Both the position numbers and the translations under genes were made by a program. Positions 1 to 10,198 of a stretch of 18,747 nt of DNA are shown here, piece after piece; within the stretch, counting starts at the first letter, position 1; each line of letters opens with the position of its first letter. This DNA comes from Selaginella moellendorffii (taxonomy: Eukaryota; Plantae; Lycopodiophyta): contig NW_003314472.1 of the NCBI RefSeq assembly GCF_000143415.4, positions 1 through 18,747 on the forward strand, read 5' to 3'. The notes under the pieces are model-generated. The model did no database searches, was not told the origin of the DNA, and saw only the letters and a list, made by a program, of their open reading frames with translations.

Positions 1-483
1 AAAAAGAGAAAAAAAAAAAAAAAGAGAAAAAAAAAAAAAAAAAAAGAAAGAAAAAAAGAGGAATTAGTGCCGTGCTAAACCATTACAGACCAGCCTATTT
101 GCCACTCATAGCAAACCTAGGGAGGTTTGCTTTCACCCACGGTACATGGAACAACTCATGGAACCACTGGAACCATCGATAGGCTTACATTAATCCTGCC
201 AACTCAAAGTATAACTTTGAGTTGCTAATGCGCCTCACTCACGAGCCCAAGCTCAAACTCGTGCAAATGGAACATCTCCAAACCATCCTATGAGCCCAAG
301 CGCAAGCTCACTTAATTACGGTACAAGAAGGTAACCGAATCTATACCCAAGGAACGATTGCGAAGTCTTTGCACCCAAACGTGTACCCACTCGGATCATC
401 GTTTTCATCTCTGCGTATGCAACGAGACTAGTTCCCCAATCTCATTGAATAGTACTCGCTGAGACTCATTCTCTGATACCAAA
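1..483 (-). mobile_element. 5' internal (leader) region of a minus-strand LTR retrotransposon, family A copy 1, running off the left edge
   Basis: Lies directly downstream (minus sense) of the LTR 484-1628 and its PBS. Non-coding, with an A-rich tract at 1-60 and perfect hairpins at 110-131 and 200-224. Confidence 0.7.
471..481 (-). promoter_or_regulatory. Primer-binding site, tRNA-iMet type
   Basis: Plus strand ctctgatacca reads TGGTATCAGAG on minus, 2 nt after the LTR end (...CGCTACA-tt-TGGTATCAGAG). Confidence 0.9.
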
Positions 484-1628
484 TGTAGCGCACGTGGTTT
501 TGACCCTTTATCCTATGGTGATTTACCATAGGATAACACCACGAAGCGGAACATAAACCCTCTTTGTGCCACGTGACAGATGCCACGTGTCACATGCCAC
601 GTGTCCGTGCCACGTGTCCATAGGAACCCGAGGTTCAGGGCCTTGGGCCACTGAACGAAGGAACGGTGCCAAACTCCCAAGCGTGACGCCAAGGAGTGAT
701 GGAACCGGACCACAGAGCAACTCCTGAGCATATAGCCCAAGGAGCGAAGGGACAGGAGCCCGGAGCGACTTGGAACAGTCCTGGAGCAACCAGCATACCA
801 ATGCCAGGACCAGCACGCAAAACGGAGCCAAACGGAGTCTGGCGCTATTTCGGCATACCGGTGGCCTAACGTGAGGATATGGGTACTCCACCAACTAGCA
901 TGGAATGGAACTTGGGCTTAGACCCAAGCCGGACGCAGAACAAGGACAGGCACGCAAGCGGGAGCTAGACTATGCCTCAGGTTGGTCGGCCATGCCCGAC
1001 CTACCCACTATCCCTACTATACATTTGGAACCCCCCATAGCCCCCCCCCCTTGAGGAACACACGCTTTGGGCTTTCACCCCAAGCCTCCCTTAGTATCAG
1101 GAGTTAGTCTCTGGGACAAGTTTAAAACTTACTAAATATGGAATGTCCTTAGAATGCGAATTTGGACACAGGACGAACACCATTGTGTTCAGGCCGACCT
1201 CTACATTCCGTAGATATGCCAAATGAGCAAATCTAGACACTTTCCATAAATAGCATCTAGGACAATTTGAGACTAACACAAAGGGCATGATAGCGAGGGT
1301 GTTTGGCAGACACGGTAAGCTATCATGTAGCGATATTGAGGGACCAATCTCAATACGCGAGGGTTCTTGTCAAGCCAGTGCAAGACAGAGCAAAAGAGAA
1401 CTAACAAGCCGGGCCGAGTATGCTCAGCTAAATAGACACTTAGGAATTCCTTCCTTATGCTCATCCGGCCAAGTACAGATGCAAAGTCCAGTTTACTAAC
1501 ACTTGAACAAGAGGGACTAATAAAGGGTCCAGCAATACCGACCTCCTGCCATCGTGGCAGTAAGGTAAGAGTGTCCGTAAGGACTGGTCGACAGGTAACT
1601 TTCGATACCCAAAGTCACATGCGCGACA
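484..1628 (-). mobile_element. LTR family A, copy 1 (5' LTR of a minus-strand element), 1145 bp
   Basis: Termini TGTAGCG...CGCGACA form imperfect inverted TG..CA ends. Near-identical to 12946-14091, with a PBS adjacent on the left. Confidence 0.9.
567..619. promoter_or_regulatory. Cluster of four TGCCACGTG G-box/ABRE-like motifs inside LTR A (also in copy 2, ~13029-13081)
   Basis: CACGTG at 570, 584, 598 and 611, spaced 13-14 nt apart. Confidence 0.55.
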
Positions 1629-1730
1629 GCCAAGCGTTCATAGCGACGTTGCTTTTTGATCCTTCGATGTCGGCTCGTCCTATCATTGTGAAGCAGAATT
1701 CACCAAGTGTTGGATTGTTCACCCACCAAT

Positions 1731-1785
<55 letters not shown>

Positions 1786-2193
1786 ATGAGCTGTGCCGCA
1801 ATAGTAATTCAACTTAGTACGAGAGGAACCGTTGATTCGCACAATTGGTAATTGCGCTTGGTTGAAAAGCCAGTGGCGCGAAGCTACCATGCGTGGGATT
1901 ATGACTGAACGCCTCTAAGTCAGAATCCGTGCTAGATGCGGTGCTCTCTACCTCCTCAGCTGTTACCTGATTAAGGTTAGGGGGGCCCCGTGCTCCCCCG
2001 AGAACACATGACGCGAGCGCCGTCCCCCGGGGCCGATGCTGCCCCGGGGGCGCGGCTTGGAAATCCAATTTCGAACGGTCGAGGAGATAAATCCTTTGCA
2101 GACGACTTAAATAGGGGACGGGGTACTGTAAGTGGCAGAGTAGCCTTGCTGCTACGATCCGCTGAGGTTCATCCCTCTGTCCCACCGATTTGT
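1629..2193 (+). rRNA. 26S rRNA: 3'-terminal fragment of nuclear 26S (LSU) rRNA, cut on its 5' side by LTR A
   Basis: Conserved eukaryotic LSU sequence GCCAAGCGTTCATAGCGACGTTGCTTTTTGATCCTTCGATGTCGGC and GGGTTTAGACCGTCGTGAGACAGGTTAG. Sarcin-ricin loop AGTACGAGAGGAAC at 1816-1829. The 3' end (...GATTTGT, ~2193) is approximate. Confidence 0.95.
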
Positions 2194-2307
2194 CCCACCC
2201 ACCGAAGGAATAAAACCGAGGGGTACGGCTTTCCCTAGCCCGACGGACCCGGGCAACACGGGCTTGGGCTCAGGCTCGAGCGCGTGGGGTGAAGTGCTTG
2301 ACTCCCT

Positions 2308-3175
2308 GGGGTGAAGTGCTTGTCTCCCTGGGGTGTGGTAGGCCGCGAGCACTGGAAGGATGCGAGTGGGGGATGCGAGTGTTGGGCAGCCGAGGCTAGA
2401 CCTTTGGGTGCCCAGCTCCACACCCCCAAGCTGGACTTCCAGTGCATGTGCGGGCTGCTGCTGGGCTCCTCCCCGCGTGCACCATGTCGGGGTCGGACTC
2501 GGGCTCCATCTCGGACTCGGGTTCCGGCTCGGACATGGACACGTGGGGGTGAAAGCCCAAAGCGCTTGTCTCCCTGGGGCGTGGTAGGCCGTGAGCACCG
2601 GAAGGATAGTGGGGGATGCGAGTGTTGGGCAGCCGAGGTCAGACCTCGGGTGCCCGGCTCCACACCCCCAGCTGGACTTCCAGTGCATGTGCGGGCTGCT
2701 GCTGGGCTCCTCCCCGCGTGCACCATGTCGGGGTCGGACTCGGGCTCCATCTCGGACTCGGGTTCCGGCTCGGACATGGACACGTGGGGGTGAAAGCCCA
2801 AAGCGCTTGTCTCCCTGGGGCGTGGTAGGCCGTGAGCACCGGAAGGATAGTGGGGGATGCGAGTGTTGGGCAGCCGAGGTCAGACCTCGGGTGCCCGGCT
2901 CCACACCCCCAGCTGGACTTCCAGTGCATGTGCGGGCTGCTGCTGGGCTCCTCCCCGCGTGCACCATGTCGGGGTCGGACTCGGGCTCCATCTCGGACTC
3001 GGGTTCCGGCTCGGACGTGGACACGTGGGGGTGAAAGCCCAAAGCGCTTGTCTCCCTGGGGCGTGGTAGGCTGCGAGCTCTGGAAGGATAGTGGGGGATG
3101 GGAGTGTGGGCAGCCGAGGTCAGACCTCTCCACACCCCCTGCTGGACTTCCAGGGCATGCGCGGGCTCCTGCCTG
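2308..3175 (+). repeat. rDNA IGS subrepeat array, 241-bp GC-rich unit, ~3.6 copies
   Basis: GGGGGTGAAAGCCCAAAGCG recurs at 2545, 2786 and 3027 (period 241). The first copy is a variant preceded by a 22-bp duplication at 2286-2330. Confidence 0.9.
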
Positions 3176-4114
3176 CTTGGACTTGGGCTTGAAGTCAGGC
3201 TTGAGCACGTACTCGGGCTTTTGCTCAGGCTCGCGTTTGGACTTGGCTCCTGCTCACGCTCAAGCTTGAACTCGGACTGGGACAAATAGCCAAAAGCTGT
3301 TGTCCCAGAAAGAGGAGGGACTTTCTTACCTGTAGGATGATGGGTGGGGAGTGGAGGCTCTCGGGCAGCTGGGGTTGAACTGCGGCTGCCCAGCTCTGCT
3401 TCCCATACAAACGAGAGTTGGCTCGCTTGCCAGGGTCATGTCGTGGCGCTTCGATGGCTCCCCTTGTGTGCCTCACCTTGTGGGCTTCCCGTGCCCACCG
3501 GCCGAAGGAAACGGTGCTCAGCTGCTCTGGTGGCAAGCACGTGCAGCATCCGTCCAGGTGTTACCCGATCGGCAATCCAGACGCGGAACTCCCGACGTGG
3601 AATGCCTGGGCAGTGTCGCATGTGTGAGTGCTCGTGGCCTTTGGCCGGTGGCGTGGGGGGGGCCTCCCCAGTATTGATGGGGGGTGGGGTTGTGCAAGGG
3701 TTCTCAGCTGCGGAGAGCCTCGGTGTGGCTTCCCTGGCACCCACTCCAGCGTTTGGCAGAGTCGTGCTGTGCGGTCCATGGGCATGGCCTTGGGACCACA
3801 TCCGCACGCCTGTCGGGCGAGGGGGAGGGAGGCAGCAGTGTGGTCCTCCGGGCTTCCAAGGGAGGCGAGCCTCGGGGGCGGCACGGCTGCTTGGCAAGGG
3901 CCAGCGTCACGCGGCGGGAAAGGGGAGGGGCCCCCACCTGCCGTGCGACGGAGGGAGGAAGGGGGGAGGACTCTCCCGGGCCCGAAGCGCACGGAGAAGG
4001 CGCAGGCTGAGCCTCAGCCTGCGCGTGCGTGAGGGAGGGGGGGAAGGCCCTGCCCGCCTGCCACGTGGCACGGAAAAGGGGGGGAGGGGGAAAAAAAAGT
4101 GGCCCGGAATGTCT

Positions 4115-4460
4115 GGGGCCCAAAACGCGCGATTTTTCGCGAAAAGTTGGAAAGGTACCACGTGTTCCGCGGGCTTTTTTTGGGGCCCGAAACGCGTGAT
4201 TTTTCACGAAAAGTCGGGGAGGTACCCCACATTTCGCGGGGCGCGTTTTGGGGCCCAAAACGCGCGATTTTTCGCGAGAAGTTGCAAGGGTACCACGTGT
4301 TCCGCGGGCTTTTTTTGGGGCCCAAAACACGCGATTTTTCACGAAAAGTCGGGGAGGTACCCCACATTTTGCAGCGCGCGTTTTGGGCCCCAAAACGCGG
4401 TCTTCGTGAATTGTTGGGGAGGTACCACATGTCCCGCGGGCGTGCTTTTTGGCGCCCAGA
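4115..4460. repeat. IGS subrepeat, ~67-68-bp monomer arranged as a 135-bp dimer, ~5 monomers
   Basis: GGGGCCCAAAACGCGCGATTTTTC-like starts at 4115, 4182, 4250, ~4317 and 4385. Confidence 0.85.
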
Positions 4461-4514
4461 AAGAACACGGGATTGTGGAGGTACGCTGCAGCTTTGGATC
4501 AAGCTGCCCCACAC

Positions 4515-4519
4515 TATAA
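4515..4519 (+). promoter_or_regulatory. TATA-like element at about -30 of the 5S gene
   Basis: TATAA at -31..-27 relative to 4546, the usual position for plant 5S genes. Confidence 0.6.
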
Positions 4520-4545
4520 GAGTAGGGGGAGTGTGAAATATTTCA

Positions 4546-4664
4546 GAGTGGGTTCAAACCGTGACTATGGCACTGGATCCCATCAGACCTCCAAAGTTAA
4601 GCGTCCCTGGGCTTGAATAGTACTGGGCTGGGTGACCACCCGGGAAGTCCAAGTGACCCCCTCT
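4546..4664 (+). rRNA. 5S rRNA: 5S rRNA gene (divergent variant) linked to 26S in the IGS
   Basis: Aligns without gaps to plant 5S (GGATCCCATCAGA, box A AGTTAAGCG, AGTACT, box C GGGTGACC..GGGAAGTCC). Helices show compensatory changes, with a TATA upstream and a T-run downstream. Confidence 0.85.
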
Positions 4665-4676
4665 TTTTGTTTTTTT
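4664..4676 (+). terminator. Pol III oligo-T terminator of the 5S gene
   Basis: TTTTTGTTTTTTT immediately after the 3' strand of helix I. Confidence 0.8.
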
Positions 4677-4954
4677 CCTTACAAGTCATTTATTTTTGTA
4701 AGATCACTGTTTTAATATATAAACTTTGAGTATTTTTCCATAGCATATAAGTGTATGGTCCTTAAATACTACTTACAATTGTCAATGTAAGGTATGTTTG
4801 CCAAATTGTGTCATTAGTTAGTTATTAACTAGGATATAAGTCACAAAGAATGTGTTGTGACTGTCACCACGTGGCATGGCAAGCAAGTCCAAACATATGT
4901 ATTTCACATGGCATACAAGGACGCTAAACTCTAACTATGAGAACAAGCCAAAGG

Positions 4955-5078
4955 GCATGCCACGTGTCAATGTGACACACATTGAAAACCATAAAACTCA
5001 CCAAAGCACATGCCACGTGTCAATGTGGCACACATTGAAAACCATAAAACTCTGAGCACAAACCAAAGTGCATGCCAT
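4955..5078. repeat. ~53-62-bp tandem repeat (CATGCCACGTGTCAATGTGRCACACATTGAAAACCATAAAACTC); third copy is split by the gypsy insertion and resumes at 11654
   Basis: Copies start near 4956, 5009 and 5071. The sequence from 11654 (GCCATGTGTCAATGTGGCACACATTGAAAACC) completes the third copy. Confidence 0.8.
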
Positions 5079-5272
5079 TGTAAGCAACCAAAGGGAACGA
5101 CTTGAGAGACGATCCATGGGGTTCAAATATAGAGGGAAAGGGCCCATGAACAAGAGTGCACCCCCTTTTCCAATCGGTTAAGGGTCTTGGGATATTTGGG
5201 GTTAAGCGTCCTTGGGTTTGAATAGTACTGGGCTGGGTGACCTCCCGGGAAGTCCAAACTCAGGACCTTACA
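5079..5272 (+). mobile_element. Short 194-bp 5' LTR containing 5S rRNA nt ~51-107 (Cassandra-like)
   Basis: Perfect 6-bp inverted termini TGTAAG/CTTACA. 5201-5257 matches the local 5S gene (4596-4652) at 54/57 nt. PBS follows 2 nt later. Confidence 0.85.
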
Positions 5273-5274
5273 TT

Positions 5275-5287
5275 TGGTATCGGAGCC
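5275..5287 (+). promoter_or_regulatory. Primer-binding site, tRNA-iMet type
   Basis: TGGTATCGGAGCC versus canonical TGGTATCAGAGCC; the single difference allows G-U pairing. Confidence 0.85.
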
Positions 5288-8200
5288 TTCTCCTCAGTTC
5301 TAGCGAAGGAGAGAGGCAGATTGCTGGGAGATGGCAAGGGCAGGGCGTAAGCGAACCCAGGCGGAGACAGAACCTCCGCCAGAGCTGGAGCCTCCGGTCG
5401 AACAAGAGGCTATGGATGAGGAATCCTTGCATGAGGAGGACTCTAGTGAGGAAACTTCCAAACAGGAGTCCGGTGGCGAGGTTCGGTCGTCCAAGGCTCG
5501 ATTGGACGTTCTAGAAGGTCAATTGGCGCAGACCAATGCCCTGCTGGAGACTCTCGTACGCAAGCTAAAGCGTGACGAGAAACGGAAGAAAAGGCGAAAG
5601 ACTGCGGATGCTGGCAGCGCAGAAGGTGCGGACCCTTCGGCAGGGACTGAGGCAAAACCAGACAAGGTCGAACAGACCGAAGTGGAATCAGTCCCTCAGG
5701 CAGTTCCCAAGTACAAACCAAAGCCCCCACCGGTGTTCAAGGGAGTGAACGACTATAAGGTGGTGGAGGATTGGTTTTACGATATGGAGGACTACTTCCG
5801 AGCGTTACGGTTACCGAGCTCGGAGAAGGTCCCATGTGCAAAACCATACTTGGCCGATAATGCCAAGTCTTGGTAGAGAACAACGGAGGCCAACGAAGGA
5901 CCGGTGGCCACCTGGGACATGATGAAGGCGAGGATCCGCGCGACATACGTTCCTCCGAATGCCACTCTGCATCTGAGAGATGAGCTGAGTAGGCTGAAGC
6001 AGACTGGAACCATCCAGGAATATGTGAATGGGTTCATGGCAAAGAGGATACTTGTCACCGACATGGGGGATATGGATGCGTTCCATGCCTTTATATCAGG
6101 TTTGCAAACCTGGGCTCGCGGTGAGGTGATGCGCTGGAACCCGACCAACTACAAGGAAGCGTTGGATGCGGCCATCAAGGTGCATTTCAACGATAACCTG
6201 CGAAAGGGGAACACGACGGGGTCGGGATCCACGTTTCACAAAGGGGCCAAACCGAGGGGAACATATAGCAGGGGGAAATTCAAGAAGAGTTTCTCTAAGA
6301 ATGAGTCCTCGGGATTTCGGAAAGGCAAATCCGGTGGCCAGCGAGCAAGTACGTGGGGGAGTCAAGCGAAAAGAGACAAACCCACGGATAAGAAGGTCAA
6401 GTCATATAGCAGCGTGGGAAACAACGTATGCTATAACTGCGGTGAAGCGGGACACTTTTCGAGGGAATGTCCCTACCCGAAGAAGGCCAGAGCCAATATG
6501 GCCATCAAGTCGGGCGAAGTCCAAAATGAGGTATGTGATCCAGTCCCTAACTCAAAGTTACTCATTACACGAGCAACTTTGGTAGAGAGTCGTTCGCGAC
6601 ATCTACTAGCCCTCCGAGGGAAGCTCGGAGGTAGCTTTGTTAAGATCCTTATTGACACGGGTGCTTCGGATAATTTTGTGGCTGCAGACATAGTCCGGCA
6701 AGCCGGACTAACGGTGCAGCGGCTAGGCGAACCAAGGACTATAGAGTTTGTTCAAGGTAGCCAAAGCACCGATGAGGTACTTCGACAAGCGAAAGTCGAA
6801 GTAGGGACATGGAAGGTAGACATGGATTTCACCGTGTTGGACATGGCGGGATTTGACGTGATCTTCGGAATGGATTGGTTCAATCGGTTCGTGGTAGCCC
6901 TACATGGACAAGGTAGGAACCTTGTGGTACTGGCGAATGCCCAAGGAAGAAGATCTAGGGTGGAAGCCCAGGATCTAAAGGTAGGGCAAAGCAAGGCCAA
7001 AGAATCCTGCTTAAACCTGGTGTCCACGAGAGGACAACTCACTAAAGGAACTAAGGCAACCTTTTTGTGCTTACTCTCGGTGAAGAGTGACAAAAAGACA
7101 AGAACGGAAGAAGTGCCTTTAGTGATCCAGCGGGTGTTGGACCAATTCCAGGATACCATGCCGGAGGAGCTACCGGCGGGGCTGCCCCCAGCACGACCAA
7201 TAGAACATAAGATTGAGCTGGTCGAGGGTGCTGAGGCAGTGGTTCGTCCCCCTTATCGTTTGAACGAAAAAGAACTCAAGGAGCTCAAGTGCCAACTAGA
7301 GGAGTTGGTGGACAAAGGGTATGTTAGGTTGAGCAAGTCGCCGTATGGGGCGCCGGTGTTATTTGTGAAAAAGAAAGATGGATCTATGCGCATGTGCATA
7401 GACTACCGCTTGCTCAACAAGTATACAAAGAAGAACAAGTACCCTTTGCCAAGGATTGAGGACCTGTTCGATAGGTTGGGAAAGGCAAAATACTTCTCGA
7501 GGATTGACCTAAGGTCAGGATACTACCAGATCAGGGTAGCCGAGGAAGATGTCGAGAAGACAACCTGTCGAACGAGGTATGGGAGCTTTGAGTTTCTGGT
7601 GATGCCCTTCGGGCTATGTAATGCGCCGGCAACGTTTTCGGCGCTAATGAACCACGTCTTTGTACCCTATCTGGATCACTTCGTGGTCGTCTATATCGAC
7701 GACATCCTGATCTATAGCGAGACGCTAGAAGAGCATGCCGAACACTTGGCGAAGGTGTTTGAGAAACTAAGGGAACACAAGCTGTATGCTAAAGAGAGCA
7801 AATGTGACTTTGCTCAACAAGAGGTAAAGTTTCTCGGGCATGTGGTGGGCTAGGACGGGCTCAAGGTGGACCCGGAGAAGGTCCAAGCGATCCAGGAATG
7901 GGAGCGACCATCGAATGTACATGAGTTGAGGGCGTTCCTGGGGCTATGCAACTACTATCGAAAGTTTATTAGACACTATTCGAGAGTAGCCCTGCCCTTA
8001 ACGGACCAAACAGGAAAAGGGAAGATGGTATGGACAGCAGAATGCGAGGCGGCATTCGTCCACCTCAAAGGGAAGTTGAGGAAGGCTCCCGTATTGGCAT
8101 TGCCAGACTTTGGTAAGGACTTTGAGGTAGAAACGGATGCTTCGGACTTTGCGTTGGGCGCAGTTCTGAAGCAAGACAACCATCCGGTAGCGTTCTTCTC

Positions 8201-9204
8201 GAAGAAGCTGGACAAGGCTCAACGGAAGTGGCCTGCCCATGAGAAGGAATTGTTTGCGGTGGTCAAGGCACTCAAGGAGTGGCGACACTACCTTGGGAGA
8301 CACTTCAAGGTTTACACGGACAATGTGGCGACGAAACACTTCTTGTCACAGCCCGACCTAAGAGGGAAACAAGGTCGGTGGGCCAATGCCTTGGCCGAGT
8401 TTGATTGCGAAATTCTGTACAAGCCTGGGAAGAGCAACATCGTGGCGGATGCGCTAAGTCGAAAAGCGAGCTTGAAGTTGGCAATATCCAGCGCAACAGC
8501 AACCTTCTGGGACGATGTGCGGACAGCATATGAGAATGATGGTCTAGCACAAGAAGTGTTGCTGAGGAATCTAGAGGCGCGGGAAGCTCACCAGAGAGGT
8601 GAGCTGCCAACGGAAGAGAAAATGGGCTATGCGGAACGCAACGGACTCATTTATTACAAGCAAACGAGGGTGTATGTTCCAGAAGGGGAACTAAGGAAGG
8701 TGGCCTTAGAAGAGTGTCATGACGGACCTCTTGCGGGACACGGCGGAGTGCCCAAGACGATGGGCTTACTCAAGAGGAAGTACCATTGGCCAGATATGGC
8801 TAAGGACGTCCAAGACTATGTAAAGACATGTCCAACATGTCAGCAGGTCAAAGCCGTGACTAAGGCTAGTGGGGGCTTGTTGCAAAGCATCCCAATTCCA
8901 GATCGCCCGTGGAAATGTCTTACGATGGACTTCATCACGGGACTACCCCCAAGCGAGGGGTTTGATGCGATATTCGTGGTGGTGGACCGATTTTCAAAGA
9001 TGGCACATTTCATACCCACCACAACGGACGTGGATGCGGAAGGTGTGGCGAAGCTGTTCTTTGAACAAGTGGTTCGAGTGCGGGGAAGGCCGGAAGAGAT
9101 TATCTCAGATCGAGATAAGATCTTCACTAGTAGGTTCTGGAGGACACTCCTAGAACAGTATCGCACCAAATTGAAATTCAGCACAGCCTATCACCCACAG
9201 ACAG

Positions 9205-9251
9205 GTAATGGGTATTAAGTCAAGATTGATGGCACTAACACTTCTTGACAG
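9205..9251 (+). other. 47-nt GT-AG spliceosomal intron in the integrase core
   Basis: CAG|GTAATG...CACTAAC...CTTCTTGACAG|; removal restores the conserved AYHPQTDGQTERVN. Confidence 0.85.
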
Positions 9252-9669
9252 ACGGACAAACGGAAAGGGTGAATAGGCAGCTGGAGGATTATTTGCGATG
9301 CTATGTCTCGGGAGACCAGACCGACTGGGTAAGTCATTTGGGACTTGCGGAAATGTGTTATAACAACTCACCACACTCAAGCATCGGGGTGAGCCCATGG
9401 GAAGTCATCAATGGGCGAGCTATTGAAGGTCCTGTGGAACTCGGCGTGGCCGAGTATCATGGAGAGTTACCCGCAGTGGAGGCATTCACGGCGGAAAGAC
9501 TCAACATTTGGAATCTAGTGAGGGATTCCTTGGAACGGGCTCAACAAAGGCAAACTAAGTACGCGAACCAAAAGCGTCGGGATGTGGAGTTCCAAGCTGG
9601 GGAGAAGGTATGGCTGAACACCAAGAACCTCAGACTACCAAGCTGGATCAGCCGAAAGTTGACCCAAAG

Positions 9670-9721
9670 GTAAAGACGCCTGTATTCCTGTAAATGAATT
9701 GATCTTGAGTTCCTTAAGCAG
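9670..9721 (+). other. 52-nt GT-AG spliceosomal intron just before the GPY/F motif
   Basis: AAG|GTAAAG...TTCCTTAAGCAG|G; removal restores RKLTQRFAGPYEI in frame with the chromodomain. Confidence 0.85.
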
Positions 9722-10198
9722 GTTCGCGGGGCCTTATGAAATTGAGGCACGAATCGGTAAAGTGGCTTACCGACTCCGACTTCCTCGAGAGATGGGGAAG
9801 ATGCACCCAGTGTTCCACGTGAACTTACTCAAGCCGTACTTTGAGGATCCGCTTCGCAAGGACCAAGTGAGACCTTTACCTGAGGTTATCCAAGGGGAAG
9901 AGAAATACGAAGTCGAGGCCATCCTCAATGCGCGCAAGAGCAAGCGACAAGGACGCGAGGTGAGAGAGTTCCATGTGAAGTGGAAAGGATTTCCACACTG
10001 CGAAGCAACATGGGAACCGGAGGAGAACCTAGCGAACGCACGAGATCTAGTGGAGGAATTTCTGCAAGGCAGAACTTTATGTACTTATGCAAAATTCAAT
10101 TAAAAATATCAATTTGCAAAGTTGAGCAAATGGCATATGTTGGGACCCGAAGGCGCGCCAAAGGTAAGCTAATTAGCATGGGTTGGATAGGTCGACCA

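Larger units (their letters stand above)
5331..10103 (+). pseudogene. gag-pol: gag-pol polyprotein (Gag, CCHC knuckle, protease, RT, RNase H, integrase, GPY/F, chromodomain); ~1557 aa after removing two introns and reading through two premature TAG codons
   Basis: Motifs: [14 protein letters not shown] (6429-6470), LIDTGAS (~6650), YIDD (7692), ETDASDFALGAVL, integrase HHCC and MDF/SDRD/TERVN, RFAGPY, and chromodomain YEVEAIL...VKWKGF...TWEPEENL. ORFs at 5331, 5904 and 7866 share one frame, broken only by TAG at 5874 and 7851. Confidence 0.9.

Noticed and set aside
445-456. TTGAATAGTACT, a 12-nt match to the 5S internal region near the family A PBS
   Set aside because: Too short, flanks do not extend the match, and it is plausible by chance.
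2152-4536. Long ORFs (up to 391 aa) in the IGS
   Set aside because: GC-rich tandem repeats open in several frames on both strands, with no recognisable domains.
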